Part shown: positions 12,024 to 21,994 of the stretch, one piece after another
Numbering within the stretch: the stretch's first letter is position 1
Layout: every line of letters begins with the position of its first letter
DNA from: Paraspadella gotoi
Taxonomy: Eukaryota > Animalia > Chaetognatha
Assembly (NCBI GenBank): GCA_051294375.1
Contig: CM119265.1
Coordinates: 16,498,005 to 16,562,004 of the forward strand
DNA: 64,000 bases
Direction of reading: 5' to 3'
Translations under genes and position numbers: made by a program
Notes under the pieces: model-generated
Told to the model about the DNA's origin: nothing
What the model saw: the letters and a program-made list of their open reading frames with translations, nothing else
Databases searched by the model: none

Positions 12024-14266
12024 TTAGTAGAACTTTTTTGCTTGGGCGTCTTTGTTGCTCCTTAAAGATAAAAAGGATTAGAACACAGATGTTTTCAGTT
12101 TAGTCTTCCATCTTAAATCCACATTACTTGTAAATTAAATATCCGACAACCACGATCGCTTGCAACACCACTAAAATTATGAGAGACTTAAAAGTGGCGC
12201 ACTCGCTGGATTTTTGAACGGGACATGGTTCTTGATTGATTTCCGCTGTAAGGTATTGGAAAAGGGATTACTATTTTATTGAAGTTCATTTTAAACCGAT
12301 TCATTAATATTTAATACCATACCCAAAGAACTCTTAATGTAATTTTTCAGATCCTGAATTCCGTCAAGGCCTTGCTTTTGTCGCACCTCGTTCCTGGGGG
12401 CAAAAATATTAAATCAAATCGAAATCGCAGAACGAATTACGCATCTTTTTCTTACTTGAGATCATTGAGAACTCTCGTGATATCGTTAAGAGATCGTCCC
12501 ATCTCCAACAAATTTTGTATTTGCTCAGGATTCATAACCCCACCCCCGGTACTTCCCCCGGGAGAGGCTCGATTAGCAACGGCAATCACCTGATCAAAAT
12601 TGACTGTGGACGCAAACTTATCCAAAATCAGAAAATGAAGAAAAACCTTACTTGATTCATACTCGTTTCTTGTCGAACTTGCAACTCGTCAATCTTTTTA
12701 TTCAGAAGTCTGACTGTGTGCTGAATATCCGTCTGTCCATCAAAGATTTGCCTCAACTCTCTCGCTTGAGTCGCTTCAAACTTCGAAGAAAAATTATTTT
12801 CATAACCATTCATTACTAAAGAGCGAAAATTACACAATTACCCAATTGTTAGGGTCGTCTTCGTCGAAACGCTGATCAGGGTTTTGTTCCCGATACCGCT
12901 TTCTTTCTTTGTCCAACTTCTCCTCATATTCCCTGTATTCTTTTTCGTATTTTTCCCGCTCCTCCTCGGCGACCTGAGTAGAAACCGAAAAACATAACTA
13001 ATATTAAGATCCAAAATGATTTGATTTAATACTACTATATGTAAACGAGATTGAGAAATTCAATCTCATTTAAGATCATATTAAATAATCATCTCTTACA
13101 ACCCCATTGCGCAGCGCACAAACAAACTCGCCCCGGCTCCGTGTAGAACTCACCTTCGACTGCTGCTCCAACGGGTCGGTGAGCGAATGGGTGCTAAACG
13201 AGAGAACGTCGTGATCGTCGGCGAGACCTCCGGTGGCCGCCGATATTCCGAAATGACCGAATTTGGGCAAGAAGATGTTTTCGGCGCGAACGCATATCTC
13301 ATAGTTGTCGTCGTTGGAAAGCCCGTTGCTGATGGACAGCTGAAGATGAGAGGAGGCCACATTTACCGGTAATACTTTGAAGGAGTGTAATCAATCGCCA
13401 TTAATACTCGCCGTTAAAACGTTTTTGTAGTACTCCAGCTTCGCCTTGACTGGGAAGGGTTTATTGCGAAAATCCTTCAAGCATCCGGCCACTTGCTGGT
13501 CCCGTCCGTCCGAGTGGTGGTTAAAGTTTTTGGTGCCGTCGTTAACAACAACCATGATGTAGGGGTTGTTCTAAAAGTCGTGACGATGTCGTCAATACTA
13601 AGCGATATCAGTTTAGCCGTTTCTTGTCCCTCTACCTGTAATCCGTCATTGTCAAAGGAGTCGAAGAAGACGCCCACGCCGTTCCACTGATCTGCGCTAC
13701 CGAAAACATCGCCTTCGAGCCCTGGCGTCGCTGTGTACCACATTGCCTGAGAAGTTTAATACGTAATTAACTAATAAATAAAGCAGAAAACGACTATTTC
13801 CTTGTTTAATTAAACAAAAATGGTCGTATACCAATCCATCAGCGCCTATCCGTCCCCGTCCCGTGACTCTGCACGCCATCTCCACTTCCCAGTTCTCGAA
13901 GTTAGTCGCGGTCTTGGTCCACACGAACCCTCGCTTGCTCCGTAACGAAGGCGTGACTCGAATTTGCTCGGGACTAGCCATGGCGCCTTTTTGAGGAAAA
14001 GACCAAAGACATGTAACAAGGATTACAAAAAAATGTGCTTCAGAACCGCGGGTCGCCGGGTCAGGTCTCTGGGCGCCTCACTTACTTCCGCCGTAGTCCC
14101 AGAACGGTATGGTATTGTCTTTCTGCACGAGATGAGGCCCCTTGAAAGAGTATTTGTATTCGAACCGGCGGTGAACCGTTTCCAGCGGCGAGTCGCCGAG
14201 TCCCAAGGCGCAAACGAGCACCAGGACGAGGTGAAAAAGGTAGAGACGGTCCGCGTGCGACGCCAT
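12024..14266 (-). CDS. LMAN1: ERGIC-53 mannose-binding lectin
   Basis: Signal peptide, HRRFEYKYSFKGPHL, GRGRIGADG, GVFFDSFDND, FGISAATGGLADDHDV, a C-terminal TM segment and the KKFY-stop ER retrieval signal at 12024. Confidence 0.96.
12979..13098. repeat. ~120-bp intronic repeat with internal hairpin, inverted copy at 56016-56149
   Basis: gagattgag...ttcaatctcatttaagatcatattaaat..tcatctcttac is shared with the IPPK intron (reverse complement). Confidence 0.8.
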
Positions 14267-14503
14267 TTCCGGTTAAGCGTCTTTTTCTGAGATCAACGGG
14301 CGAATGGTCGCTGGTGTAAAGTTTATTCGAGTCGTATTTTTATAAGTTTGTAGTTGATTGAGCACTGTTGGATGTCATGACTACGGATTCTGAACGTCAA
14401 GAGCAGAACAAAGAAAAATAACATGAGAGACCGGGGTGATGTGGCTCGAAATATTTTCACAGCGCCGGTTCATGGCAATATTGTCGAAAGAAAAAGAGGA
14501 CAA

Positions 14504-14522
14504 CCTGGCGCTTTTTGATTGG
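14504..14522 (-). promoter_or_regulatory. ERSE-like element upstream of LMAN1
   Basis: Minus strand reads CCAAT-caaaaagcg-CCAGG: exact N9 spacing and one mismatch to the ERSE consensus CCAAT-N9-CCACG. Confidence 0.45.
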
Positions 14523-14677
14523 CTAACCCGTCTTCCGCGGAGGCGGAGCTTTACAGCTAAAACATCGCAGCCTCGGCGCGGAGGCACTTTTCCCGTCGAA
14601 ACAAAAGATAAACCGACAGGGCCTTGGCCAGTTGGACTTTTGGCCGTCTGCGGACTTAACGGTTAAATCGACAGAAC

Positions 14678-16663
14678 TTAGGACACTATTAAGTATGTCT
14701 TTTTCGAAAAAGGTCCCATTCTCCCGAAATAATCGATTGCCCGAACGGAAAAAAAAATTTTCGTTCCTTTCTCCAATCCTTCTAGAGAGACCACAAAGTG
14801 GCTGAAAAGGGGAGCGGTGTTCCTTTTCGTTTCCACCCTCCTCGCAAACGAAAACCCCGAAGGTCTAAAGGAGACGATATCCATTTGGTATTTGAGGACG
14901 CAAGGGGTGGCGGGACTGAGTGGATCCCAGCGCACCATGACCAAAACAATGCATTCCGTTCCATCGCCGCAGTTCATCAAAGGCGAGATTTGCACGGGGC
15001 GAGTTCCCGAAATTTTATGGGGTGGAGGATAATTTGCGGGGCAAAGGAGAATCGCTTTGACGGCGGCGACGCCAGTGGAGAAGCGAAGGTTAAAGACGCT
15101 CGTTTTATCTTCGATGTCGAGATCCATCAATCTCATTAAGGGAGCCTCGGCTGAACGGATGGCCTCGCTTTGACGAGGGTCGGGAAAAGCGCGTCGGCCC
15201 TGGCCAACCCAAACGAGAAAAGGGTTTCCCTGCTTTCGGTCGTTTGACAACGAGACGACGGCTATTTTGGTGGAGACGCCGCGTAACGAAGGCAACGCGA
15301 TCGAAACGTTGACGTCCAAGGGTTGCGACAATGAGGTCGTGTCGTTACTAACGGAGACTATAACGCAAAGACGCGTTATATTTTTTTCAGAATGACTGAT
15401 CGTGGCCAGGGCGTCGACAGTGGGATTAGTCGTCTTAACGGGCAAAAGGACGTCTCCGGAGAGCGACGCGATGGCCAATGCCGAGTAAGCTGGCTTGACA
15501 AAGAACTGCACCCAAGAGGGCAAACTTTGCGTCGACGTGTTCATCTGAAATCGCGCTAACAGGGTTCGCTGCTCGAAGTTAAACGGGTGATAACTGAGAA
15601 AAGCGTTATCATTCGACAACAGACGAAAGTCGACGAGATTATCGGGACGGAAGTACTCTCGCGCGTGAAGGCAAATGATCTTTAGAATCATAGCGGCGTA
15701 TGTCACATCCGCCCGCCAGCGTCTTGGTCGCGACCAACCTACTTCCGGGTCAGCCTCATCGTTAAACACTTGGGAGTCCTTCAATCGTGGGAATTTCTTA
15801 AAAATATGGCTTAAAGTGGATTTTTCATCGACCAAGATATTCTCTGCCGACGGCGGTTCGTCTCCTCTGCCGCCTTTTTTGTGGAAAGATATAAAATCAA
15901 GACAAGGACGTAAAAACCGCCTTTCGGTGTTGCAATAATCAAGAAGCCCGTAACATAGTTTGACGAAAGCGGGTGGGCGGCAGGAGCCGCCCGGGCCGCC
16001 CAGTCGCAACGTCTGGTCGACCCGACTTAACCCGTCACGCACTGATTGATAGTACGACGTAAAAGAGCGTATCGACATTTTTTTCAGGGGAAAATCCCAC
16101 GTTTTTTCGTGATCCGGCTCATTCCACGATTCGAAGTGCCAAGTCGCCACATGCCCTCGGCCATAAAACGCGGAATATCTTGATGCGATTTGCTCCGTCA
16201 GTCGCGTCAGCCATTCGGCCTGCGTGCGATTCTCGAAATCGTTAAAGATGTTCGAGGGATTCCCCATGAACTCGAAGCCGGGCTTGAGGCCGTTTCGGTG
16301 AAGTTCGGCCACGAAAGCGTCGAGTCGATCGAAATTAAACGACGGAATGGCGCCGCTTTTCCTCCTCGTCCCACCGGAGACCGAAATCAAGTCCAACATC
16401 CAATGAACCCGGACTTGGAACCATTCGTATAAACCCATAGAACCGATGTAAGCTGAGTTTAGTTTCATGTCGTCGGAAAGTAGATAGCTAGAAGCGTTTT
16501 GGTGAGGGTCGCCGGGGCTGAGGCCGGTGCTTTTCCAAAACGTAGACAATCTCGATAAATTACGAGTTCCGTCTACACTGACTTGTATCATCCTTGAGTG
16601 AGTTTCAAAACAAGAAAGCGTGACCACTTTCATAAAAAGAGTTAGAACAAGAGTAAATAACAT
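14678..16663 (-). CDS. IDUA: Alpha-L-iduronidase (GH39), single exon
   Basis: Signal peptide, FWKSTG, QVRVHWMLDL, PGFEFMGNPS, catalytic WNEP and NDEADP, LLSNDNAFLSYHP, and C-terminal VRAIDYFGRMGPFS. Confidence 0.95.
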   Translation of the reverse strand: MLFTLVLTLFMKVVTLSCFETHSRMIQVSVDGTRNLSRLSTFWKSTGLSPGDPHQNASSYLLSDDMKLNSAYIGSMGLYEWFQVRVHWMLDLISVSGGTRRKSGAIPSFNFDRLDAFVAELHRNGLKPGFEFMGNPSNIFNDFENRTQAEWLTRLTEQIASRYSAFYGRGHVATWHFESWNEPDHEKTWDFPLKKMSIRSFTSYYQSVRDGLSRVDQTLRLGGPGGSCRPPAFVKLCYGLLDYCNTERRFLRPCLDFISFHKKGGRGDEPPSAENILVDEKSTLSHIFKKFPRLKDSQVFNDEADPEVGWSRPRRWRADVTYAAMILKIICLHAREYFRPDNLVDFRLLSNDNAFLSYHPFNFEQRTLLARFQMNTSTQSLPSWVQFFVKPAYSALAIASLSGDVLLPVKTTNPTVDALATISHSEKNITRLCVIVSVSNDTTSLSQPLDVNVSIALPSLRGVSTKIAVVSLSNDRKQGNPFLVWVGQGRRAFPDPRQSEAIRSAEAPLMRLMDLDIEDKTSVFNLRFSTGVAAVKAILLCPANYPPPHKISGTRPVQISPLMNCGDGTECIVLVMVRWDPLSPATPCVLKYQMDIVSFRPSGFSFARRVETKRNTAPLFSHFVVSLEGLEKGTKIFFSVRAIDYFGRMGPFSKKTYLIVS

Positions 16664-16752
16664 TGTTGTATTTTTGGTTCTAAAACGATTTTTTTTTTAA
16701 ATAAACAACGAAAAAAGATGAAAACGCCGTAACAAAAATGAATAAATAAACG

Positions 16753-18793
16753 CTAAAAAATCTTAATTGTATTCCTCCACCACAAATCCCAAGGCAACAG
16801 CTGATTTCTTCTTCGTATTTTCGGGTGGAAGGGATCAAAGTTCACCTTCTTGAGGTTCTTCAGAAATTGGTGCGTGGCGACGGCAGAAAGGAGCGCGGGT
16901 CGAGCTTGTCGCGGAACCTCCTTCGTCATCGACCGCGACGCGTTGAGATGAGCATGCGCCTGAGAAGCGATGTCGAAAACGACCTCCCTAACGTTTTCCG
17001 TCCTTTTCTCGCGCAGAAAATCCTGCGAAAAAAATTCGGCAATTAAGGTTAAAAAAAAACAAACAAAAGAATAATTAATGAAACCTTTTATAAATAATTC
17101 AACTATGTACATATATATAACCTCGGTAGACGCGTTATGCTTGACGAGGATGTCCGTCGGAAGAACCACTCGCCGCTTCTCGGCTAAAACCGGGGCGGCT
17201 CTTAAAGCGGTTGCGATGCCCTGAGCTTTGCCCAAGTGACTGGCGGCGTGGTCGACTCGAACGTCCCGATACCCCAGCGTTTCTAGTAAAAGGTAATTGA
17301 TGGAGGACACGGTCGATTCGGAATAAGCTTCCAGGGCATCTAGCGTCGGAAATGGTTTCTCCGCCAGATTTTCCTAGAGAAATTAACGATTTAAAATTCT
17401 AACGCAAAAAAAAATTATAATTGTCTAAATATTTTTATCTTCCATTACAATTCCAGCAATATTGCAAATCAAAGAGTTATATTTTCATCTTTTTGCATTC
17501 AACGTACATTTTAAGGAAGTTACCGTGTCCGTTCGCGAGTGACACCAAAAAAATCTTTACTATACTTTAAATATTTAATAAATATAATTCATAAGTATAT
17601 TATTAGTTGGAGAACTACTTGACGTTTTTTATGTATAAGTTTCATTTCATGTTTAATTGATTTACTATACTATTTTAAATTTTTTATCTAACACAGTAAA
17701 ATTTGCGAAAAAAGAACATTTTAGGCGTGTTCCTGATTGCATTAAATAAAAATTTGAAATCATAAGAAATCCCTATTAATGGTCTAATGAATGGCGTATC
17801 GGAATTATAGTAATGTTTAGAAATTTTTGAGTAATGATTTTTTATTTATTTTTTTATTTGTAATTCGTCCAAATGAAAAAATGCTGTCCTGACCAGGTTT
17901 TTTATCGTCTTGAATAATTATTTTATATCATAAGGATTCCTAGTTAATACTTCATTAATGGTGTAAATGAATTTCAATAATTTTAAGTAATTAATTTATA
18001 ATGATTTTCTTTTTTTTTAATTCAGTTTTTTACTGAAGATGAAATTGGATGACCATTAAAGAAAGGTTATTTTACCTAAGTAAATATAAAATTAATTTTA
18101 TGAAATTAAAATATAATAAACGTCAAGTACTTTGCCATAGAATGAGAAAAGACAATTTATAAAATATTCATCCATTGAGGAATGGTACGCTTTTTTTTTG
18201 TGTCACTCGCGAACGGACACGGGGTAGTATTCTTGAAACCTACCCGCCTCGTGTCGACGATCCTGATAAACCAAGATTTCGACAACTCGTGCTTATTGAT
18301 GGCGAGTTGCAACTCCGAGATGACAGGATTTCCACGCGGAGGTTGCGAATCCGGCTGGTAAATGGCGTTCACAGAATCCCGCCAAAACTGCATCCTCATC
18401 TCGCCAATAAGTTGCTCGTTGATGCTATCGCGAATCTTCATTGGTTTTCGAAGGATTAACACATTCCAAATTTTAGTCGGTTATTGTTATGAAAAATCCC
18501 AGCCCAACCTGAGCTATTTCTATGTTGAACGCTCTGACGGCAAATGCGCTTCTTCTTGCTTCCACGGGTAGTAAAAGGGTACAAAGAAAGTTTTCAAAAT
18601 CGAATTGTTTTACTTTATTTACGCAATAATTTAAATTTTTTTCATTTTCATTGGGTTCTTCACCAACTCCAGCGGTGCTGATGCAGGTTCTACTGTTTGA
18701 TTCGGCATACCACATTTGGGAGCAAGAAAAATAGTGTTTCGGAAACTTATTAAACACTCCATGCTTCTCAAAATTTCGGCATACTTTTAACAT
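16753..18793 (-). CDS. NDUFAF6: Complex I assembly factor 6 (squalene/phytoene synthase-like)
   Basis: DFENFLCTLLLP, AVRAFNIEIAQ, MRMQFWRD, DHAASHLGKAQGI and FDIASQAHAHL across spliced exons. Confidence 0.93.
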
Positions 18794-18865
18794 GATTTAA
18801 AATAGACCTGACGAACAGAAATTTTCATGACATCTTTAAATTAAACAACGCTTCGTGGAAAAAAA

Positions 18866-19243
18866 CTAATACAAAACAGTCGTGAGATTAGCATTAATCA
18901 GAAAGTAAATTAATTGAAAGACTATTACGATAACAATTGAGTTTACTACAATTCCTTTAACGTTATCCCGGAGAAAATTAGGAGAAAAACATCTTTTAAT
19001 GAGAGAACTGCCGATGGCTCGACAGTTGGCACCGAAGGTAGAGATAGCTTGACAGGGATTTATTATCCATTTTGTCAAAAAGGGGGAATGAGCATCAATT
19101 GCTGTGACTATTACTGGATTGAGAGGTTGGTGGTTTACAGGCTGACTGCTTGCTTCATTTCTGGCCGCATTCAAGGCCGAAAAGTAAAGGGCTTTTGTTT
19201 TTAAATAATAAAAAACCGCGGCGAAGTGGCATAAGACAATCAT
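18866..19243 (-). CDS. Unidentified hydrophobic ORF (possibly exon 2 of a gene with 19406-19798)
   Basis: The reading frame stays open upstream to about 19340 and has two hydrophobic segments. It fills the gap 72 nt upstream of the NDUFAF6 ATG. No family recognised. Confidence 0.4.
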   Translation of the reverse strand: MIVLCHFAAVFYYLKTKALYFSALNAARNEASSQPVNHQPLNPVIVTAIDAHSPFLTKWIINPCQAISTFGANCRAIGSSLIKRCFSPNFLRDNVKGIVVNSIVIVIVFQLIYFLINANLTTVLY

Positions 19244-19405
19244 AAATATATGAAGACTAACGAAATAATCGGGGATGAAGCGTTTAAAGCTATTGATCGG
19301 ATTCGGATGACCGTTAAATGGAGAATTTAATAATGCTATGAAAAAAGTTTTAATTTTTTTGGGACAACAAAAAAGCTCAATATCATAGATATAAGTATAA
19401 GCACT

Positions 19406-19798
19406 CTACCCCCGACTATCTCGATTCAGATCGTTAAAAAGAATTAGACATTTTTTGATGAGATTGACCGAGTGAAACCAAAGAAACCATTTCCACAAAA
19501 AGCTGGCCCAAAAAAGTGGTGTCGATAAGTTTCTCGGCGAAATCCACTGCCTGATGGCGATGGAAATTCCAACAAGAAAGACGGGAGGGAATACCAGGAA
19601 TTCGAAATGTGCCATGGGCCAATCTCGACCGAAAACGGAATCAAAGTAATGAGGAAGGATGGACAGGTCAAGCGGATGCGGGTCGCACCCGGTTATTTTT
19701 TTTTTAATCCAGTGCAAAATGTTTATCATTTTAATGATTTCTGAAGAGCGAACAAAAAACTCTGTGACCATGAGAAAAACAAAAATAATGCATGTCAA
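19406..19798 (-). CDS. Unidentified putative membrane protein ORF
   Basis: 130-aa ORF with W/F-rich hydrophobic helices, co-oriented in the array, with a possible GT donor at its end. Confidence 0.4.
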   Translation of the reverse strand: MTCIIFVFLMVTEFFVRSSEIIKMINILHWIKKKITGCDPHPLDLSILPHYFDSVFGRDWPMAHFEFLVFPPVFLVGISIAIRQWISPRNLSTPLFWASFLWKWFLWFHSVNLIKKCLILFNDLNRDSRG

Positions 19799-19881
19799 TG
19801 AAAACTAGGCTCATTGTGTAATTGAACAATTTTCTTATTGAGCGCGCAGTCGAATGGCGCTAGAACAAATTTGGAACTCTT

Positions 19882-20573
19882 TCATCCGAGATCGATAAAG
19901 CGAATCGCTGGATCGAGGTGAGAAAATATCAAAACCCCCAGTTTCTTTCGGCTGGATGGGTAGGGGTGAAAAACATGAAAAATATCTGAAAATGTCTCTC
20001 CGATCAGCCGTCCCAAATTTTCTGGAACTTCTTTAGGAATCACGCATTTGTAAACCACCGGATAAACTCCCACAGACTTAGTAACTCTATCCGGAACCGT
20101 GGCTGAGAAAAACCTCCAAGACAGAGAGAAAATGATAAGGAAAATCTTTGGCGAAAGGAGGAATATTTTTAAGAACTCGTCTTAGTGACTCGGGGTCGCA
20201 AAAATAAATACGCCACGAAAAAGGTGAAGAGGTGCACACCTCAATTACCCCGCTCGAGTAAGGAAAAAGTTCAAGGAGCGAATCCGAGTCAAAGAAGGAG
20301 ATGAAGTCGTCCCCTTGACGACGCCTTAATTCCAAACAAATTGCCTCTTGCGCTTCGGTCAATCGCGGAGTAAATGAATGACAGCCAATGGTTACTTTAC
20401 CATGGATACGAAACAATTCGACGCTATCCGAAGGTTTTAGTCCGATACGAAGACAGTTAGGTCCGCTTTTAGAGATAGACATATCGGTAATGCCGAGACG
20501 ACGGAAGCCCTCTCGAATGGAGGTACAGTTATAGTCGTGCTTTAAAAGAACAGAAATAGTACGTTTTTTTCAT
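19882..20573 (-). pseudogene. Frameshifted unidentified ORF
   Basis: The ATG at 20573 is one base out of frame with ORF 20087-20482 because of an A7 run. A second frame change near 20090 would link to ORF 19882-20073. No GT-AG introns explain the shifts. Confidence 0.4.
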
Positions 20574-20642
20574 TTTTCAATCTGGAAAAAGTGAACAATG
20601 TATCAAAAAATAAAGTTACAATATCACAATGTATCAAATGTG

Positions 20643-21902
20643 TCACATTTCCTCGTGAGAATGCGACAAGCAAGTCAATGATCCGCTTAAAGGCTGTTGA
20701 TCCATTCGAACAACGTGCACTCTGTGCTCCGTCGCATCTATAATTGATTCGTTCCCACGGGACGCAGCTAAGACCGCGTCCGGCAACGCGTTATTATCCA
20801 CCTCGCAACTCGTTCCGTCGACTCCGTGAACTGTCCTAACATGATACCGAAGAGAAGAAGTTTGTCCGAACCGCCGGACGCAAAATGAACATTGATGAGG
20901 TTTAACGGAAGAATGCCAGTTGCTGTGCTTTCTAAGGCTGGAACACTCCGCAAAAGTTCGTCCGCAGTCTTTGCAGGTAAACGGCTTTTCCCCAGTGTGC
21001 ACGCGAATGTGATTGGTCAAGTTGTAACGTTTCGCAAAGGACTTAGTGCAGCCCGGGTAAACACATTCGAAAGGCCGTTCGCCGGTGTGTCGGCGCTGAT
21101 GAATAGAGAGTTGGCCATTGGTTTTAAAACTGCTACCGCATCCGTCAAAAGAGCAATGGTAGGGCTTTTCACCAGTGTGAACGCGTTTGTGAATTATCAA
21201 ATCACCCGAAGTCCGAAAAGCCTTTTCGCAGGCGTCGTAAGGACACTTAAAGGGCCGTTCCTTAGTATGTGTTCGACGATGAAGAGTCGCGGCACCGGAA
21301 GACTTTGATAAGTGACCACAGTCTGCGCATTTAAGAGATTGATGTCCTTCATTTTCCCTGGACAACGACGAAGGAGCCTGAGCAGTCGCCTTGGTAGACG
21401 AGACGGAGGCGTCCCTAATTCCCAAATCAATCTTTAGGGGTCTCGCGTCTCTCGGCTCCAGAGCCGCTTGGTAGAGGTTTTGAGTTAAATAACCGTCGCA
21501 AACGGACGACGCCTCCAAGCGACCGTCATCAGTTAATACGAAAGTTAAACCTTCTTCTGTCGATTCCTCGCGCAGAGACGACTGCGAATCGACGTTGGTC
21601 GGCCCTTGGTAAGAATCAGAAGCGGTCGGAGCTGCTTCGTCGCTGCCGGACGCCAATTCTCCGCGACCGGATATCAAAACGATAGAACCATCCTCGAGGC
21701 ATACGCGCTGAGCTTCTACCGCCACATCGCCGTAAAGATATATATTCCCTCCCACAACGAAGGCGGAAGAGGCGTTACCCGCCAAGGCAGATGAAATAAA
21801 GGCGGGAGTATTAGGAAGAGAACAAAGGGACTGAGCGAGGGTGGTGAGGGGTTGAGAAGAGGAGATAAATGACATTTGCGGCGTTATTTGCTCCGTAGAC
21901 AT
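20643..21902 (-). CDS. C2H2 zinc-finger transcription factor, ZNF143/ZNF76 (Staf)-like, single exon
   Basis: Six tandem C2H2 fingers with TGEKP/TGERP linkers. Helices TSGDL, ECSSLRKH and QTSSLRYH and an N-terminal QRVCLEDGSIVLI motif resemble ZNF143. Confidence 0.8.
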   Translation of the reverse strand: MSTEQITPQMSFISSSQPLTTLAQSLCSLPNTPAFISSALAGNASSAFVVGGNIYLYGDVAVEAQRVCLEDGSIVLISGRGELASGSDEAAPTASDSYQGPTNVDSQSSLREESTEEGLTFVLTDDGRLEASSVCDGYLTQNLYQAALEPRDARPLKIDLGIRDASVSSTKATAQAPSSLSRENEGHQSLKCADCGHLSKSSGAATLHRRTHTKERPFKCPYDACEKAFRTSGDLIIHKRVHTGEKPYHCSFDGCGSSFKTNGQLSIHQRRHTGERPFECVYPGCTKSFAKRYNLTNHIRVHTGEKPFTCKDCGRTFAECSSLRKHSNWHSSVKPHQCSFCVRRFGQTSSLRYHVRTVHGVDGTSCEVDNNALPDAVLAASRGNESIIDATEHRVHVVRMDQQPLSGSLTCLSHSHEEM

Positions 21903-21994
21903 GACTGGGTCTCAGCTTCCTTACGAAAATAAACCTATGTTAAAAAAAATAAACAGTGACGAAACCTCGTAGAGAAATTACATGCTCATTGCAG

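Noticed and set aside
14678-16663. Horizontal transfer of a bacterial GH39
   Set aside because: Although intronless, the motifs and C-terminal FN3-like end are animal IDUA-type.
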